Assembly (NCBI GenBank): GCA_958009085.1
Contig: OY253668.1
Location: forward strand, 744,001-808,000
Direction: 5' to 3'
Origin: Protoeuglena noctilucae
Lineage: Eukaryota
Length of the DNA stretch: 64,000 nucleotides
Part shown: positions 12,311 to 24,280 of the stretch, in pieces
How positions within the stretch are numbered: the first letter of the stretch is position 1
How the letters are laid out: every line of letters begins with the position of its first letter
The notes under the pieces: model-generated
What the model saw: only the letters and a program-made list of their open reading frames with translations
Told to the model about the DNA's origin: nothing
The model's database searches: none
Position numbers and translations under genes: made by a program

Positions 12311-14481
12311 TTACATGAACTTCAGCCAGCGCATGTAGGCGACGGAGCCGAAGAAAAAGAGCACGGCCCCGAGCGAGCAGATGATAGTGACCAGTAAGAA
12401 GTCACGGCTGCTGTCTTCCCTTTTGCTCGTCAGGTTCATGCCGAAGATGGACGCTACGGCCGTGACGAGCGCCACGCCGAACGCCCCGCTTGTCAAGAAG
12501 AACTCCAGGATCTGTGAGGACCAGCGGCACTGGCTTTACGGCATGGAATGATCGCATAGCACAACAAGACGGCTGCCTGCTCCAACAGCGCCCTCCGCTG
12601 CACCCTGCGCTGCATCGGCACCCACCAGGAGCTTGTTGCGCTGGCTGTCCTGCTTGATGTTGACGAAGTCCTCCGTGTCGTCGATATACTCTGCCAAAGT
12701 CGTCAGCTTGTTGTACATCACGTCGACCTGCGGCAGAGGCAGCGGGTCGCAGTGCACCCACCGGTTCGCTTTTGCGTCGGCAATGCCACAGGGTGAGCGC
12801 TGGCCCTCGTCACCGGCATGAAGTAGGCCTCCAGGAGCATCTCCACCTCGTCCACGATGCCCTCCTCCACCTCGCTCTCGATCGAGCTCTTGCTGCGCGT
12901 GCTCTCGGACCGCGCATCCCCGGCAGGCAGGGGCAGCACTTGCGGGCTGGCGCCGAGCTGCACCGGCACCCCCATGGCCACATCCCCTGCGGAGCCAGAC
13001 GAGCTCAGAGGCATGTCGTTAAACAGCGGTAGCTTGGCGAGGCGTTCAGCAGGCAGGGCAGCTCCTGACGCCGCATGTCACCTCCCACGTCCGGGGCGGT
13101 CTGCGAGGGCTGCGACTCGTCCGACCGCGCCTGCTCCTCGAGCATCTCGTGCACGCGCTCGTCGATCACGGCCTTGCTCGACAGGTACATGTCGAGCATG
13201 TCGTCGTCGTCGTTCAGGTACCGCTCCAGGACCTCTTTCACGTCCTCCACCCGCCCCTGCAGACACACACGACGGGAACGACGCGCTCAAGGCAGGGATC
13301 TCGATGACGAGGCTGCTCAAAGTCGATGCTCGGGCAACAGCGCACCTTGAGACGCTTCATCCGGCTCTTGATGCGCCGCACGCGCTCCAGGTTGACGATC
13401 GTGACACGCTGCGACAGGGCGTCCAGCGCTGGGTGTGCCGAGGCCTCCAAGTCGGCCATCTGCCCCTCCAGGTGCTTCACGACCGCCTCCAGCGCCACCT
13501 CCAGACACCGCAGCTCAAACGGCACCCTGTCCTGCGAGGCTCGACATGCACGGCGCCGTCTTGCTCGCATGCTGCCGCTGCACGTGCAAGCGCTGCGAGT
13601 GCATCTGTTGCAACGACGCCCGACGCTCACCTTGGTCGTCCTGCCCGACTTGGCCATCCGATGCGCCTTCCCCAGGCGGACCTCGAGCTCCTCCACAAGC
13701 GCCGCCACGCCCTCGTCGTGGAAGTCGAGCACGAACACTTCGTCGAGGCCGATGATGCACTTGACGTGCTCGAGGTTGACGACCATGGCGCGCTGGCGGC
13801 ACAGGATGGCGCTGGCGAAGGCGCTGGGGGTGTGGGGCTCGAGCGCCCGGAGGTCCCGCAGCGGCACGGCCATGCGGCGCGAGGCCGCCAGCTTGTTCAT
13901 CTGGACCATCACCGAGTTGCCCTCCCGATCGATGCGGAGCCACGTGCGCACCCCGCCCTGATTGCGAACGTGCGCGTCCAGCTGCGGACGCACGAGGCGG
14001 GAACAATTCGTTCAGTGTCACCAGAGACAAGCGCCAGGCGGCCCAACGCGCCGAAGACGTCGCGTGTGCTCGCACCTTGGGGCGATGCTTCCGGGCCAAT
14101 TCGCCGTTGTCGCGGTGCCGCACGGGTGCAGCCACAGCCACGGCCACCACGTCCGGCGCCGACTCGACTTTGCGCGGGCTTCCCACCGCCCTGCGAGCCA
14201 CTCGTTGGCGGGTGGGCACCTCAGCATTGGCAAGTCCAAGCAGCACAGGGGTTGAGCAACACAGTGGGCGATGTGCGCGTGGCGGCTGCCCCTCACCCTT
14301 GCAGGAGGACGTCGGTGGTCGAGACCTCAGGCACCTCCCTCTCCGGGTGCGCCTCGCCCGTCTCTTCTAAGACCTCCGCCGCATGGCCCTCGAGCGGCGC
14401 CTCCAGGTACCGCTCCATCGGCGTGAGGTGGACCCACTCATCGGACGGGGCTCCCGGCCCCGAATGCTCGGTGCCAGACAT
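12311..14481 (-). CDS. MRS2: MRS2/CorA-family Mg2+ transporter, copy 2 (tandem paralog)
   Basis: Same motifs and similar intron positions as copy 1; SIFGMNL; N-terminal TP(M/L)ERY motif shared with copy 1 supports the ATG at 14481. Confidence 0.92.
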
Positions 14482-14514
14482 CGCGGAGCGGGCGGCCTCA
14501 GGGCCTCCGCGATG

Positions 14515-15280
14515 TCATGCGGTCACGTTCTGAATCTCCTGGACGGCGGCGGCGAGCGACGCCTGCGACGCGCAGATGGGGCTACGCGAGGCCGCGGCAA
14601 CCGCAGCGCGCTTGACGTTCGCGAGCCGACCTGAGACGAACAGCGTGTTGTGCGCCAGCTGGCGGCCCGCGATGGACGTCAGCGTAGCCAGCGTGAGCCG
14701 CAGTCGGTCCGTGTCCGCCGTCGAGCACCGGAGGATGCTCAAACCCACGCCCGGGCCGTGCCACACGACCTGGAGGCAAAGGGGACCTCTCAGGGACGAG
14801 TTGCCGCGAGCCCTGGGGCAGACATGCTGATCGGGAAGCCAATCCATCATCGCCAGGAGCCGCGCATCGTCGCGCCGACCACCTTGAGGCTCTGTGCTGC
14901 TGCCGCGGCCCCGGCCTCGCCAAAGTTGGCCTCCAGCTGCGCGCGCAGCAGCTTTGCGTACTCTCCAGCGTCTGCGGGCAGTCATACGAAGCGAAGAGAG
15001 CCTCGAACACAGCGGTATGCGCAGAAGGCGCTGCGGCGGACCACGCAAGTGATCGCGCCCCCCACGCACGCCACTGGACAACCAAACGCCGCACAAGGGA
15101 CGGCGTGCTCCTCCAAGTCTTTACATTGACCCAACGCCATCAGCGTTCGATACTAGGGGCCTCCGAGGCGCGTGTACGCGCTGGCCTCGCTCCTGTGCCC
15201 TCACCTGGCTGCGGAGCTCCCGGCCCCCCGCTCTTCCACTCCGCTCCGATCAAGAGATACCTGTTCTTGAAACGGACCAT
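14515..15280 (-). CDS. POP5: RNase P/MRP subunit POP5 (Rpp14/Pop5 family); exons 15280-15205, 14971-14883, 14769-14515; 139 aa
   Basis: MVRFKNRYLL N-terminus; LEANFGEAGAAAAAQSLK|VVW; GLSILRC; TLFVSGRLANVK. Splice phases (1,0) add up. Missed as a unit by the ORF track. Confidence 0.85.
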
Positions 15281-15705
15281 GCAACGCGCCGGATTCCAAA
15301 CCCGGCAAGCCCTCTAGAGGGTGTAGAGGGCGTGAAGGCTGCCAAGATGTGGACAGGATGTGGCCCGTGCTCGCACCACGAGAGTGCCGTCCTCGATGCA
15401 GGCCCTTGACTATCAGCCTGGACCATCGCCCCTGTTGCTGGCGCCAGAGGGACGGCAGGCAGGTGTCAGAGCGAGCACGAGCACCTGAGTCCTGCTGTCA
15501 GCGAATCTCTGTGCACACCCACTAACGCAGTCGGGGCGCGGCGGGTGCTGAGGGCAGGTTCAAGGAGCTCGTTGCACAAAGAGCTCGCGTGGCAGGAACG
15601 ATGCGGCGCCACTCGACGGCCCGGGCAGAAAGCGAGGCGAGCCTCGCGCATGCAGCAGCCTCTCGTGCCCTGCCCACACAGCGCAGCGCTAGGCTCTCTC
15701 CCGCA

Positions 15706-17043
15706 TCACAGGGTGTCGTCCCCGATGGGCAGCTCCTGCAGGACCTTCTGCGCCACCTGCTGCTGCCCGATGTTGATGAAGAACTGCACAAGCCACTTGC
15801 GGGGCGCGATGTCCTTGTCCTCCCGCAGGCAGTCGAGGATCTCGGGTGTCAGGAAGGCCTGGATCGGGAGCGGCGCCCCCGACGTCTGGTCCATGAAGAG
15901 CTTGCGGGCCAGCTCGCTGTCGGACAGGCGGAGGTAGCATCGGATGATGTGCTTGAGGAGGCGGGGCGAGGGGGACTCGCGCAGGCCCATGACCACCATG
16001 CCCAGCACGTGCGCGATGAAGTGGATGCGCCCCGCCGTCTCGCACACGTGCGCCAGCCCCGCGTCGTCAAGGAGGATCTTCTGGATGATGAACGTCGCCA
16101 CCGTCTTGGACAGCTCCGTCCCGTACTCCATCGTGCAGAAGCACAGCGGGATGATGTCCGTGCTCAGGAGGAACTTGATCACCTGCGACGCAGCGAGCCA
16201 CAGGGACCGTACTCTTCGTCGCGACTGGTCCTGTTGCGCCACGCTGCCCCCCCCCCCCCCCCCCCCGCGCCCGCGGGGTTGCCAACGCGCAACGCGCCAG
16301 GTAGATACCAGGACGAACGATTCGAACCCCGCCGGCCTCGGGCTCACCTCCGAGTCGTCCACTTTAACCAGCGCCCCAATGACCCCCAGGGACGTGAGGC
16401 GGAGGTACTCGTAAGGCCGGCCCTTCTCCCGCGTGTTGAGGAACGGGTAGAGGAATATGGGGACCTGGGCCTTGAGGAACAGGTTCCGCGTCTCCATGTG
16501 CGAGGCCACGCACTGCAGGAGCGCCAGCGCGTTGCAGACGCGGTTGGAGCACGGGTGCGTCAGCACGGCTGGAGGCGTCAGTTTCGGGTACACGGAGACG
16601 ATCTCGAGCAGCAGCGCCGAGATCGTCCCGAAGCTGTGCCACAGGTAGACGGCCAAGTCTGCGGAGGCCGAGGGAGGGCGAAACTCGCGCCGGCGGCCTG
16701 GCCACGGACTCCCGCGCCGGGTCCTGATGGATCCTCTGTAGAAGAGCGCGGAACGCGTCGAGAGTCACCGGGGAACTGCTCCCGCTTCTTGGACAGCTCC
16801 AGGAGCGCGGTCTCGCGCATCGCTGGGTTATTCAAATCGACCACGAGCTGCTCGATGTTCGCGGCGTTGGCCATCGCGCCTCTGCGGATGAGACGGAGGT
16901 CAGCGCGATGACCGGCAGGAAAATCGCCGGCTCGCCCGCCCCCCAGGCCGCACTTTCGACCGGGGCTCCATCACGCACCTGGACTCGGCCTGCATCCCTC
17001 CTCCGGACCCGGGCGGCCGTTGTTGTGCATTCAGGTTATTCAT
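15706..17043 (-). CDS. CNOT9: CCR4-NOT subunit CNOT9/RCD1/CAF40
   Basis: [83 protein letters not shown] short first exon from ATG 17043 splices in frame. Confidence 0.95.
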
Positions 17044-17530
17044 GGCAGCCCCTCGCTTCGAGACGGGCTGCCTGGCCATGCCCCCGGCCGGCTCCACGCA
17101 GGTAGCACTGTGCCGCTCGACCCCGAGCAGGAGATGAGGGGCTGGACGCTCAGTGCAGAGCACCAGGTACCACGAGCGTTCCTCAGCGACACCACCGTGG
17201 CGCGAAAAGACCTGGAGCGCGCCCGCAGCTCCGTATCCGAAGCGAGGGAACTGCACGTCGCGGGTGTCAAGGGATTGCGCTCGCGTGGCGATGAACAGCA
17301 CGAGATGTTGGCGGAGAGAGTCGCGTGGGACTTGGTTGCGAACGGCACCGGCTCTGCTCGGTTTCCCCGCTGTTTCTGACACTTAAGGGAGGGCGCTTTC
17401 TTGGGCACGCCGTCGATGTAAACATCGACGAGACAGGATTGCCAGCGTGACAACCGATCCGATCGTCGACTTCCAGGGCTGACGCTTTTGTCCGACCGAC
17501 CGCCCACCGTCCATATCCTCGCTCCGATCC

Positions 17531-18855
17531 ATGGCATTGCGAGCTTTCCGAACACCATCGCTCGCGGGGTCCCTTCGCCGTGTCGGTTGCAGGCCCAGGG
17601 TGGTCTCGGCGATGGGGACGAAGGGCCAGCTCCTCGCGCTCGATTTCGACGGCGTCCTGTGCGATTCGTGTGGGGAGAGCAGGTGACATGACCCTTATCG
17701 TCACCCATTTATCGATGGAGAATAGTTCCAGATCAAGGCGTCGCCTCAGCGGCGGGTGCGGGCCTGATGGGGACCGTCGCATCGCCGCAGCCTGTCGGCC
17801 TGGAAGGCGGCGTCCAAGCTCTGGCCTGAGATCTTCACCACTGAAGATGCGAAGGAGAAGCGCGACGAGGTCATAGGTGAGCCGATGGAGATGTGTTCGG
17901 GAGGCAGAGGGCAGTGCGGTCCTGCCACGCCACCCCAAGCTGAGAGCAACTGCGCTGCAGAGGCCATGCGGATTGTTCGGCCGGTGGTCGAGACCGGGTA
18001 CGAGAACATCGTCCAGGTCCGGCTCCTCCTGGAGGGCACCCGGCCCGAGGACATGCTCGCGCACTGGCACGCCATGCTGCCGGAGGCCATGCAGCGCTTT
18101 GGTCAGGCGAGCAGGGGCCGGGCGCGTTCGCGTCGAGGTGCAAGTGGACACCGTGTGACCGCGGACAGCCTCCGCGACCTCAGGACCGGAAGACGCTCGT
18201 GGATTTGTTCGGGTCCACTCGCGACGAGTGGATCCAGACCGACCTGGAGGGGTGGCTAGCGCCCAACCGTTTCTACAAGGGCGTGGTCGACGCCGCTCGG
18301 GCCGCCGTGGAAGATCCGGAGCAGGAGGTGTACATCGTGACCACCAAACAGCAGCGCTTCACGTCCCAAGTAAGGGCGATGTGTGTGCGAAAGTGCTCTC
18401 TCACAGGGCAGCGAGCGAGGCTGATCTCCTGCATGGTCGTTTCGCGCAGTTGATGCGAGACATGGCCCAGCTGCCGTTCCCGGACGAGCGCATCCTGAGT
18501 CAGACGGAGAGCGGGCGGCCCAAGACGGAGCGGCTGATGGAGCTGGAGGCCGCGCATCCTGGTCTGGAGAACCACTTCGTCGAGGACAAGCTGTCCACCT
18601 TGGAGAAAGTCTGCCAGGCGAGACCTGGGACGCGCTGCGCTTTCAGACCTGGTGACCGCATCTACTTCAACGCACTGAGACTGGCGGGTGCCGTGTGCGC
18701 AGGTACCTGAGCTGAACCACTGGAAGCTCTACCTGGTCGACTGGGGCTACAACACGGAGCAGGAACGGGCGCGGGCGAGGGAGAATGCGAGGATCACGGT
18801 CATCGGCGTGCGGGAGTTCGCAGACCTCTGTCGGCACCAGGCAGCCCGCGTTTGA
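17531..18855 (+). CDS. HAD-superfamily hydrolase with transit peptide (plant/cyanobacterial type)
   Basis: LALDFDGVLCDSCGES (HAD motif I), MRIVRPVVETGYEN, VYIVTTKQ, HFVEDKLSTL, LYLVDWGYNT. Confidence 0.88.
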
Positions 18856-18875
18856 AGCTCTGCCCTGCACACCAC

Positions 18876-19920
18876 TCAGCGCTTGACTTTGCTCGGCGCC
18901 GGTGAAGGAGCGGCCTTCGTTGGGCCCCCAGCCGGGAGCGCCGGTTTGGCGTTGCGAGCCAGCAGGTCGCGCAGGCTCGTGTAAGAGGTGAACGAGAGGT
19001 ACGCGGACCAGAGAATGCCGCAGGAGGACATGTAGAGTACCTGCAGACGACCGAATGCGCATAATGCTTGATGAAAGGGAGTCATAGGCGACAAAATGCC
19101 AGCCTGGGCACACCACCCAGTCACTAAGCATGCTCCCAAGCTCCATGTGATCCCCATGGCACCTGGTACGGCAGGGGCACAAACCAGAAATTGACGGAGG
19201 CGGCAGGTACCCAGAAGGCCCACCCACGGACCATGGTGGGCCACAAGTCCCTCTGCACCTTTGCCGGGATCTCCCGTGCCTTGCCCTGCATGGCTAAGTT
19301 CCACGAAAAGACGGAACACAGCACGATGGGGGCCAGGAGGAACTGGTTGGCCGCAACCTGCGCACAGGCCGACACCACCTGGGTTGCCAGCTGGGTGTGA
19401 ATGGAGGTGAAAGCAGCACCTTTGTTCATACTGCTCTCGCCTTGGACAGGAAGCTCGGCACGTCCTTGCCCGGCAACGCCTTGGCCAGCGCCCGGTACCA
19501 GAAATGCTGGTAGGGCCCGTAGAAGCAGAAGCCCCATGCGCCCATCTTGAGCAGGCGGTCGGCGGCGAACGTCTTGGGAGAGCCAGGCCCCTTGTCCTTG
19601 CTGTCCAGCCACAGCTGCAGGCTCTGCGCGATGACGTCACCCACCATGGACAGCGTTCCTGCCGTCAGAGCGTCCTTGAGAGGAAACCGCAGCCCACTCG
19701 CGCCCCCCTGCGGGATCTCCGACGCGTGAGCTATACTGTCGCTTGCAACACTCGAGTGCGTGGCGCTGGGAGGCACGCTCACCCCGGGGGTCGACGAGCT
19801 GGGCCCAGGGGCAGGCCCACTCTCGCTCGCCATCCGTCGGGCCTGCTGGCCCCTTCTTCTGGGCGGGGGCGGCCCGCCCGACCAGCCACGGAAACCCAGA
19901 CGCAACCCAGGTACGCTCAT
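18876..19920 (-). CDS. Mpv17/PMP22 family membrane protein
   Basis: LSMVGDVIAQ, FYGPYQHFWYRAL, K|VAANQFLLAP, WAFWVPAASVNFWFVPLPYQ|VLYMS..ILWSAYLSF. Confidence 0.9.
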
Positions 19921-20242
19921 GTCGTCGCGCGGAGGGTGGGCGGCGGCGGGACCCGTCAATGCACACTTGCTTCGTTGCGGGGGCTGGAGACGCGCAGGGG
20001 TCCGCTGATGCGAGCAACGGAAGTCCTGACCCGCGTTTGTGCAACCAACTGTGCCTCAAAACAACGTCAGCGACGCTACTTCCGCGGCGCGCCACCAGCT
20101 GCTCCTGACACCCACCTGACTTGCGCCCGGGAATCGCCGATGGGCCATGAACTTGAGCACGCGCGCATCCCAGCGGAGACATCTGCTGATATTCGTGCGA
20201 GGTACGCCCACTAGCACGGGCCTCGGTTGAGGAGGCGGAAAA

Positions 20243-23200
20243 ATGGCGTCCGGGGCGGCTGACGAGGTCGCCAAAATGAAGGCGAGAGCCTCCTCCGCTC
20301 CATTCCTGTCATATTCGCCTTCTGAACACGACGTGCTTGGGATGTGCGCCGGCGAGCCAGCTCCCGCGCGCTGGACCGGACGATCCTGGCCCGCACGAGC
20401 GCGCCCATGCTGGCGCGGGTTTGTGCGCGACCCGTCGGCCGTAGCGGCACCCCGGGCATGCGACGCTGTCATGTTATAAGCAATCCTTCCACTGTGGGTG
20501 CCGCGCTCCGCCTGGATCTGCACCACGGCGACGCACGACGATTGCATAGAGTCCGCCCTGGTTTGGCGAGCCGTCCAAGCGTTCCTGCCGTCCTGTCTTG
20601 CACTTCAAACGAAAGCTCGTGGTTTAGTGCGCGGGGAGGGTAGATCGCGCAGTCTGAGAGGCGTCGCGTCGACCCGGCCCCATGCAGATCGCGGAGGGAG
20701 GGGCGGACGGGCCCGCGGCGAAGGCGGAGGGCAAGGGCAAGGGCAAGAAGGCGCCCGGCGCTCACGCAGAAGAGGTCGCTCAGCGCATGCCGTACTACCA
20801 GAAGCGCATCGAGCTGTTTGAGCACTGCCATGCCCGGGAGGTGGAGGCCATGGAGAAGGCCAAGGTGAGGCGACGTTTCGGCTGCAGCGCGAACAGCTAA
20901 GGTCTTTACGAGACGCTCTTATGCTTGCGAGCGACGCGTGGGGCGGCCCCCGCAGGCGGCGAACGTGCCCATCACCGTGACGCTCCCGGATGGCAACACG
21001 CGTCCCGGTGTCAAGGGCTTCACGACGCCTATGGATGTCGCCAACGGCATCAGCGCGGGTCTCGCGAAGAAGGTGTTTGCTGCAGCAGCAGTCTGCTTGC
21101 ATCTGTTGACCATGCCAGGTGTAGTGTTTGGACCTGTGCCTTCTCGCCCGCTGCTCAGGTCATCGTGGCCGTGGTGGATGGCGCCGAGTGGGATGTGTTC
21201 CGGCCCCTGGAGGGCGACTGCTCCCTCAAGCTCTGCACGTTCGACGACCCGGAGGGCAAGGAGACTTTCTGGCACTCGTCCGCCCACGTGCTGGGCCAGG
21301 TGAGCCTGCTTTTGGCGGCCATTGGCCATTCGTGCGCTTCCGTCTCCATTCCCAGCTCGGTTGCCGTCTAGCAAGGCACCCTCGGTGTCCCCCACGCCTT
21401 GGCCCCCCGCGACGCTGCTTGTCCAACCCAGGTCGGGTCCATCACTCCCCGCAGGCGCTGGAGCTCGAGTACGGCGTGGACCTGACGATCGGCCCGGCCC
21501 TCGAGGAGGGCTTCTACTACGACTGCTACATGGGGGACCGTGCGCTGTCTGACCCGGACCGCAAGGCCTTGGAGGACCGCATGGCCAACGCCGTCAAGGA
21601 GAAGCAGCCCTTCCAGCGGGTCGTCGTCACGAGGGACGAGGCGCTGAGCATGTTCCAGGTAAGGCCCGGCCGACACCCGCAGAGCTGGAAGGTCGATGGG
21701 GAGGCGAGAGTTGCTGTAGCAAGGGTGACGTGGCTCTCGCCCCGTCCCGCTCGGGCTCAGCCGCACGGCCCCTCGTTCCCACCCCGCAGGAGAACAAGTT
21801 CAAGATCGAGATCATCTCGTCCCTGCCCCAAGAGGCGGTCATCTCGCTCTACCGCTGCGGCCCGATGGTGGACCTCTGCCACGGCCCGCACGTCCCCAAC
21901 ACGGGCCTGCTCAAGTGCCAGTCCGTGCTCTCCGTCTCGCGCGCCTTCTGGCGCGGGGACGTCAAGCGCGAGGGCCTCCAGCGCGTCTACGCCATCACTT
22001 TCCCGGAGAAGACGCAGCTCAAGGACTACATCCACCGCATCGAGGAGGCCAAGAAGCGCGACCACCGCGTCCTCGGCACCACCTACGACCTCTTCATGTT
22101 CCACCCGCTCGCGCCCGGCTCGGCCTTCTTCAGCCCGTACGGCGCACGCATCTACAACGGACTCATCGAGGTGCGGCGGGGTCGGGTGGGGATGGGTGGC
22201 GTCGGCATGGGTGGGGTGGCTCATGGATAAGCGATGCGCATGGTGGAGGCATAGTGTCGAGAAGTAATCGTTCGCAGGTCTCCGCACATGCCCTGGGCTT
22301 TTGCTGCCCCACGCATGTCCCGCGATCGACCTCCGCGCCGCTCCTCCGCCCCGCAGTTCATCCGCCAAAAGTACTGGGAGTACGAGTACGAGGAGGTGGT
22401 GTCTCCCAACATGTACAACTTCGATCTGTGGAAGATCTCGGGCCACGCCGATCACTACAAGGAGAACATGTTCTCCATCGATGTCGAGGGGCAGGAGTTC
22501 GGCATGAAGCCGATGAACTGCCCGGGGCACTGCCTCATGTTCGCGTTCCGCACGCGGTCGTACCGGGAGCTCCCCATGCGCCTGGCGGACTTCGGCGTGC
22601 TGCACAGGTGCGCGAGGCAGAGTCAGGGAGCGCTTTCGCACTCTGGGGCACTTCGCCCTTTATGAGGGATGCACGTCGATAGCTGGGCAGCTGTCCTTAG
22701 ATGTGAGCCCATGTGAGCCCAGTCTCGCCATTTGTAGTAGATTTGGACGTCCCACCCTGCACCCTCGCCATGCAGGAACGAGTACTCTGGCGCGCTCAAC
22801 GGCCTCACACGCGTGCGGCGCTTCCAGCAGGACGACGCGCACATCTTTTGCCGGGAGGATCAGGTCATGCAGGAGGTCACGAGCTACCTCAAGTGAGGCC
22901 CTAGTCACGCGCCGTGCCGAGGGGCGTGACACGCGAAGCCTCACTCGCGTGCCAGGCGGGGACACGTGACAGCTGCGTGAAGTCACGGTCATTGCCATGC
23001 CTGCGATGCCCGCTCCGGCAGCCCCACGCCGGCGCCTCGGGTCCCCGCAGGATGCTCGGGGAGGTCTACGAGGTGTTTGGCCTGGACTACGAGCTCAACC
23101 TGTCCACGCGCCCTGACAACTATCTGGGGGAGTCCGCCATGTGGGACCGCGCCGAGGCGGCGCTCACGGAGGCGCTCAACTCGACCGGGCGGCCCTGGAA

Positions 23201-24014
23201 GCTCAACCCGGGCGACGGCGCCTTCTACGGCCCTAAGATCGACATCACGGTCTTCGACGCCCTGCGCCGCAAGTTCCAGTGCGCGACCGTCCAGCTCGAC
23301 TTCCAGCTGCCCATCCGGTGCGTGGCGCTAGTCAGTGCTGCCGCGAGCTCAGCACTGTACGCCTGGCAAGCGACCTCTGTATGCACGCCGTCACGGAGGC
23401 CCCTTGGTACGTACCCAGCAACACTTCAGTGACTGGCCCCCACTATCCCGTCCCTGGAACTTACCTGGGATCGCAGTCCATTTGATCCACCCCATCTCCT
23501 CCCCCGCAGCTTCAACCTCGAGTACATGACGGTGGAGCAGGGCACGGCGCGCCCGGTCATCGTCCACCGGGCCATCCTGGGGTCGGTGGAGCGGATGCTG
23601 GCCATCCTCACCGAGCACTTCGCGGGCAACTGGCCGCTGTGGCTGTCGCCCCGCCAGGTCATGGTGGTGCCCATCTCTGAGAAGCAGGCAGACTACGCGC
23701 AGCTGGTGCGGCGCGCGCTGCGGGCCAAGGGGTTCCACGTGGAGGCCGACACGACGGACCGGAAGATGCAGAAGAAGGTCCGGGAGGCCGAGGTCGCGCG
23801 GTGGAACTACATCGTCGTGGTCGGGGAGCAGGAGAAGGTGGACGGCACGATCAACGTCCGCACGCGCGGCATGTACACGGCGGGGGTCATGTCCCTCGAG
23901 GCGTTCATCGAGGCCGTGCTCGAGGAGAAGCGCACCCACTCCCGGGAGCCGGCCTTCAAGCCGCCCCCGGGGTTCCAGCCGGCGGCCGCAGCGGACGGCG
24001 CCGGCGACGCGTGA
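20243..24014 (+). CDS. TARS: Threonyl-tRNA synthetase (eukaryotic cytosolic type)
   Basis: TGS domain, [99 protein letters not shown]. First exon [13 protein letters not shown] inferred via GC donor at 20282. Confidence 0.96.
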
Positions 24015-24280
24015 ACGGCGGACGGCGCAGATGCCGGTGCATGCCGGTGCGCGGGAGGCGGCGCCGCGACTTCCGGTGCGCAGCGGATCGCGACGGTGTG
24101 TTGCGACGTTGGCCACACGCGCGCTGTCCGTAGACGTGCTGCAGCTGCCTGACGCCGGCTGCGCTTACGATTCGGGATTTGAATGCCAGGGACGCTTTCT
24201 TATGCATAGCATGCACCGAAATTTACGATTTCAGCTGACTGGCTGTCTGTTGATGGGCTGGGAACCAAGAAAAGGCGAAG

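Noticed and set aside
15121..15125. TGTAA chlorophyte poly(A) signal for CNOT9
   Set aside because: Falls in POP5 intron 1, and TGTAA is not consistently seen downstream of other genes here.
16300..16350. GGTTCGAATC T-loop-like motif (also at 45085, 27612)
   Set aside because: No cloverleaf pairing or A-box; lies in introns or coding exons. No tRNA called.
17040..17708. Minus-strand ORF whose stop overlaps the CNOT9 ATG (ATGA), a possible third bicistron
   Set aside because: Its ATGs lie inside the opposite-strand HAD gene and the peptide has no recognisable features.
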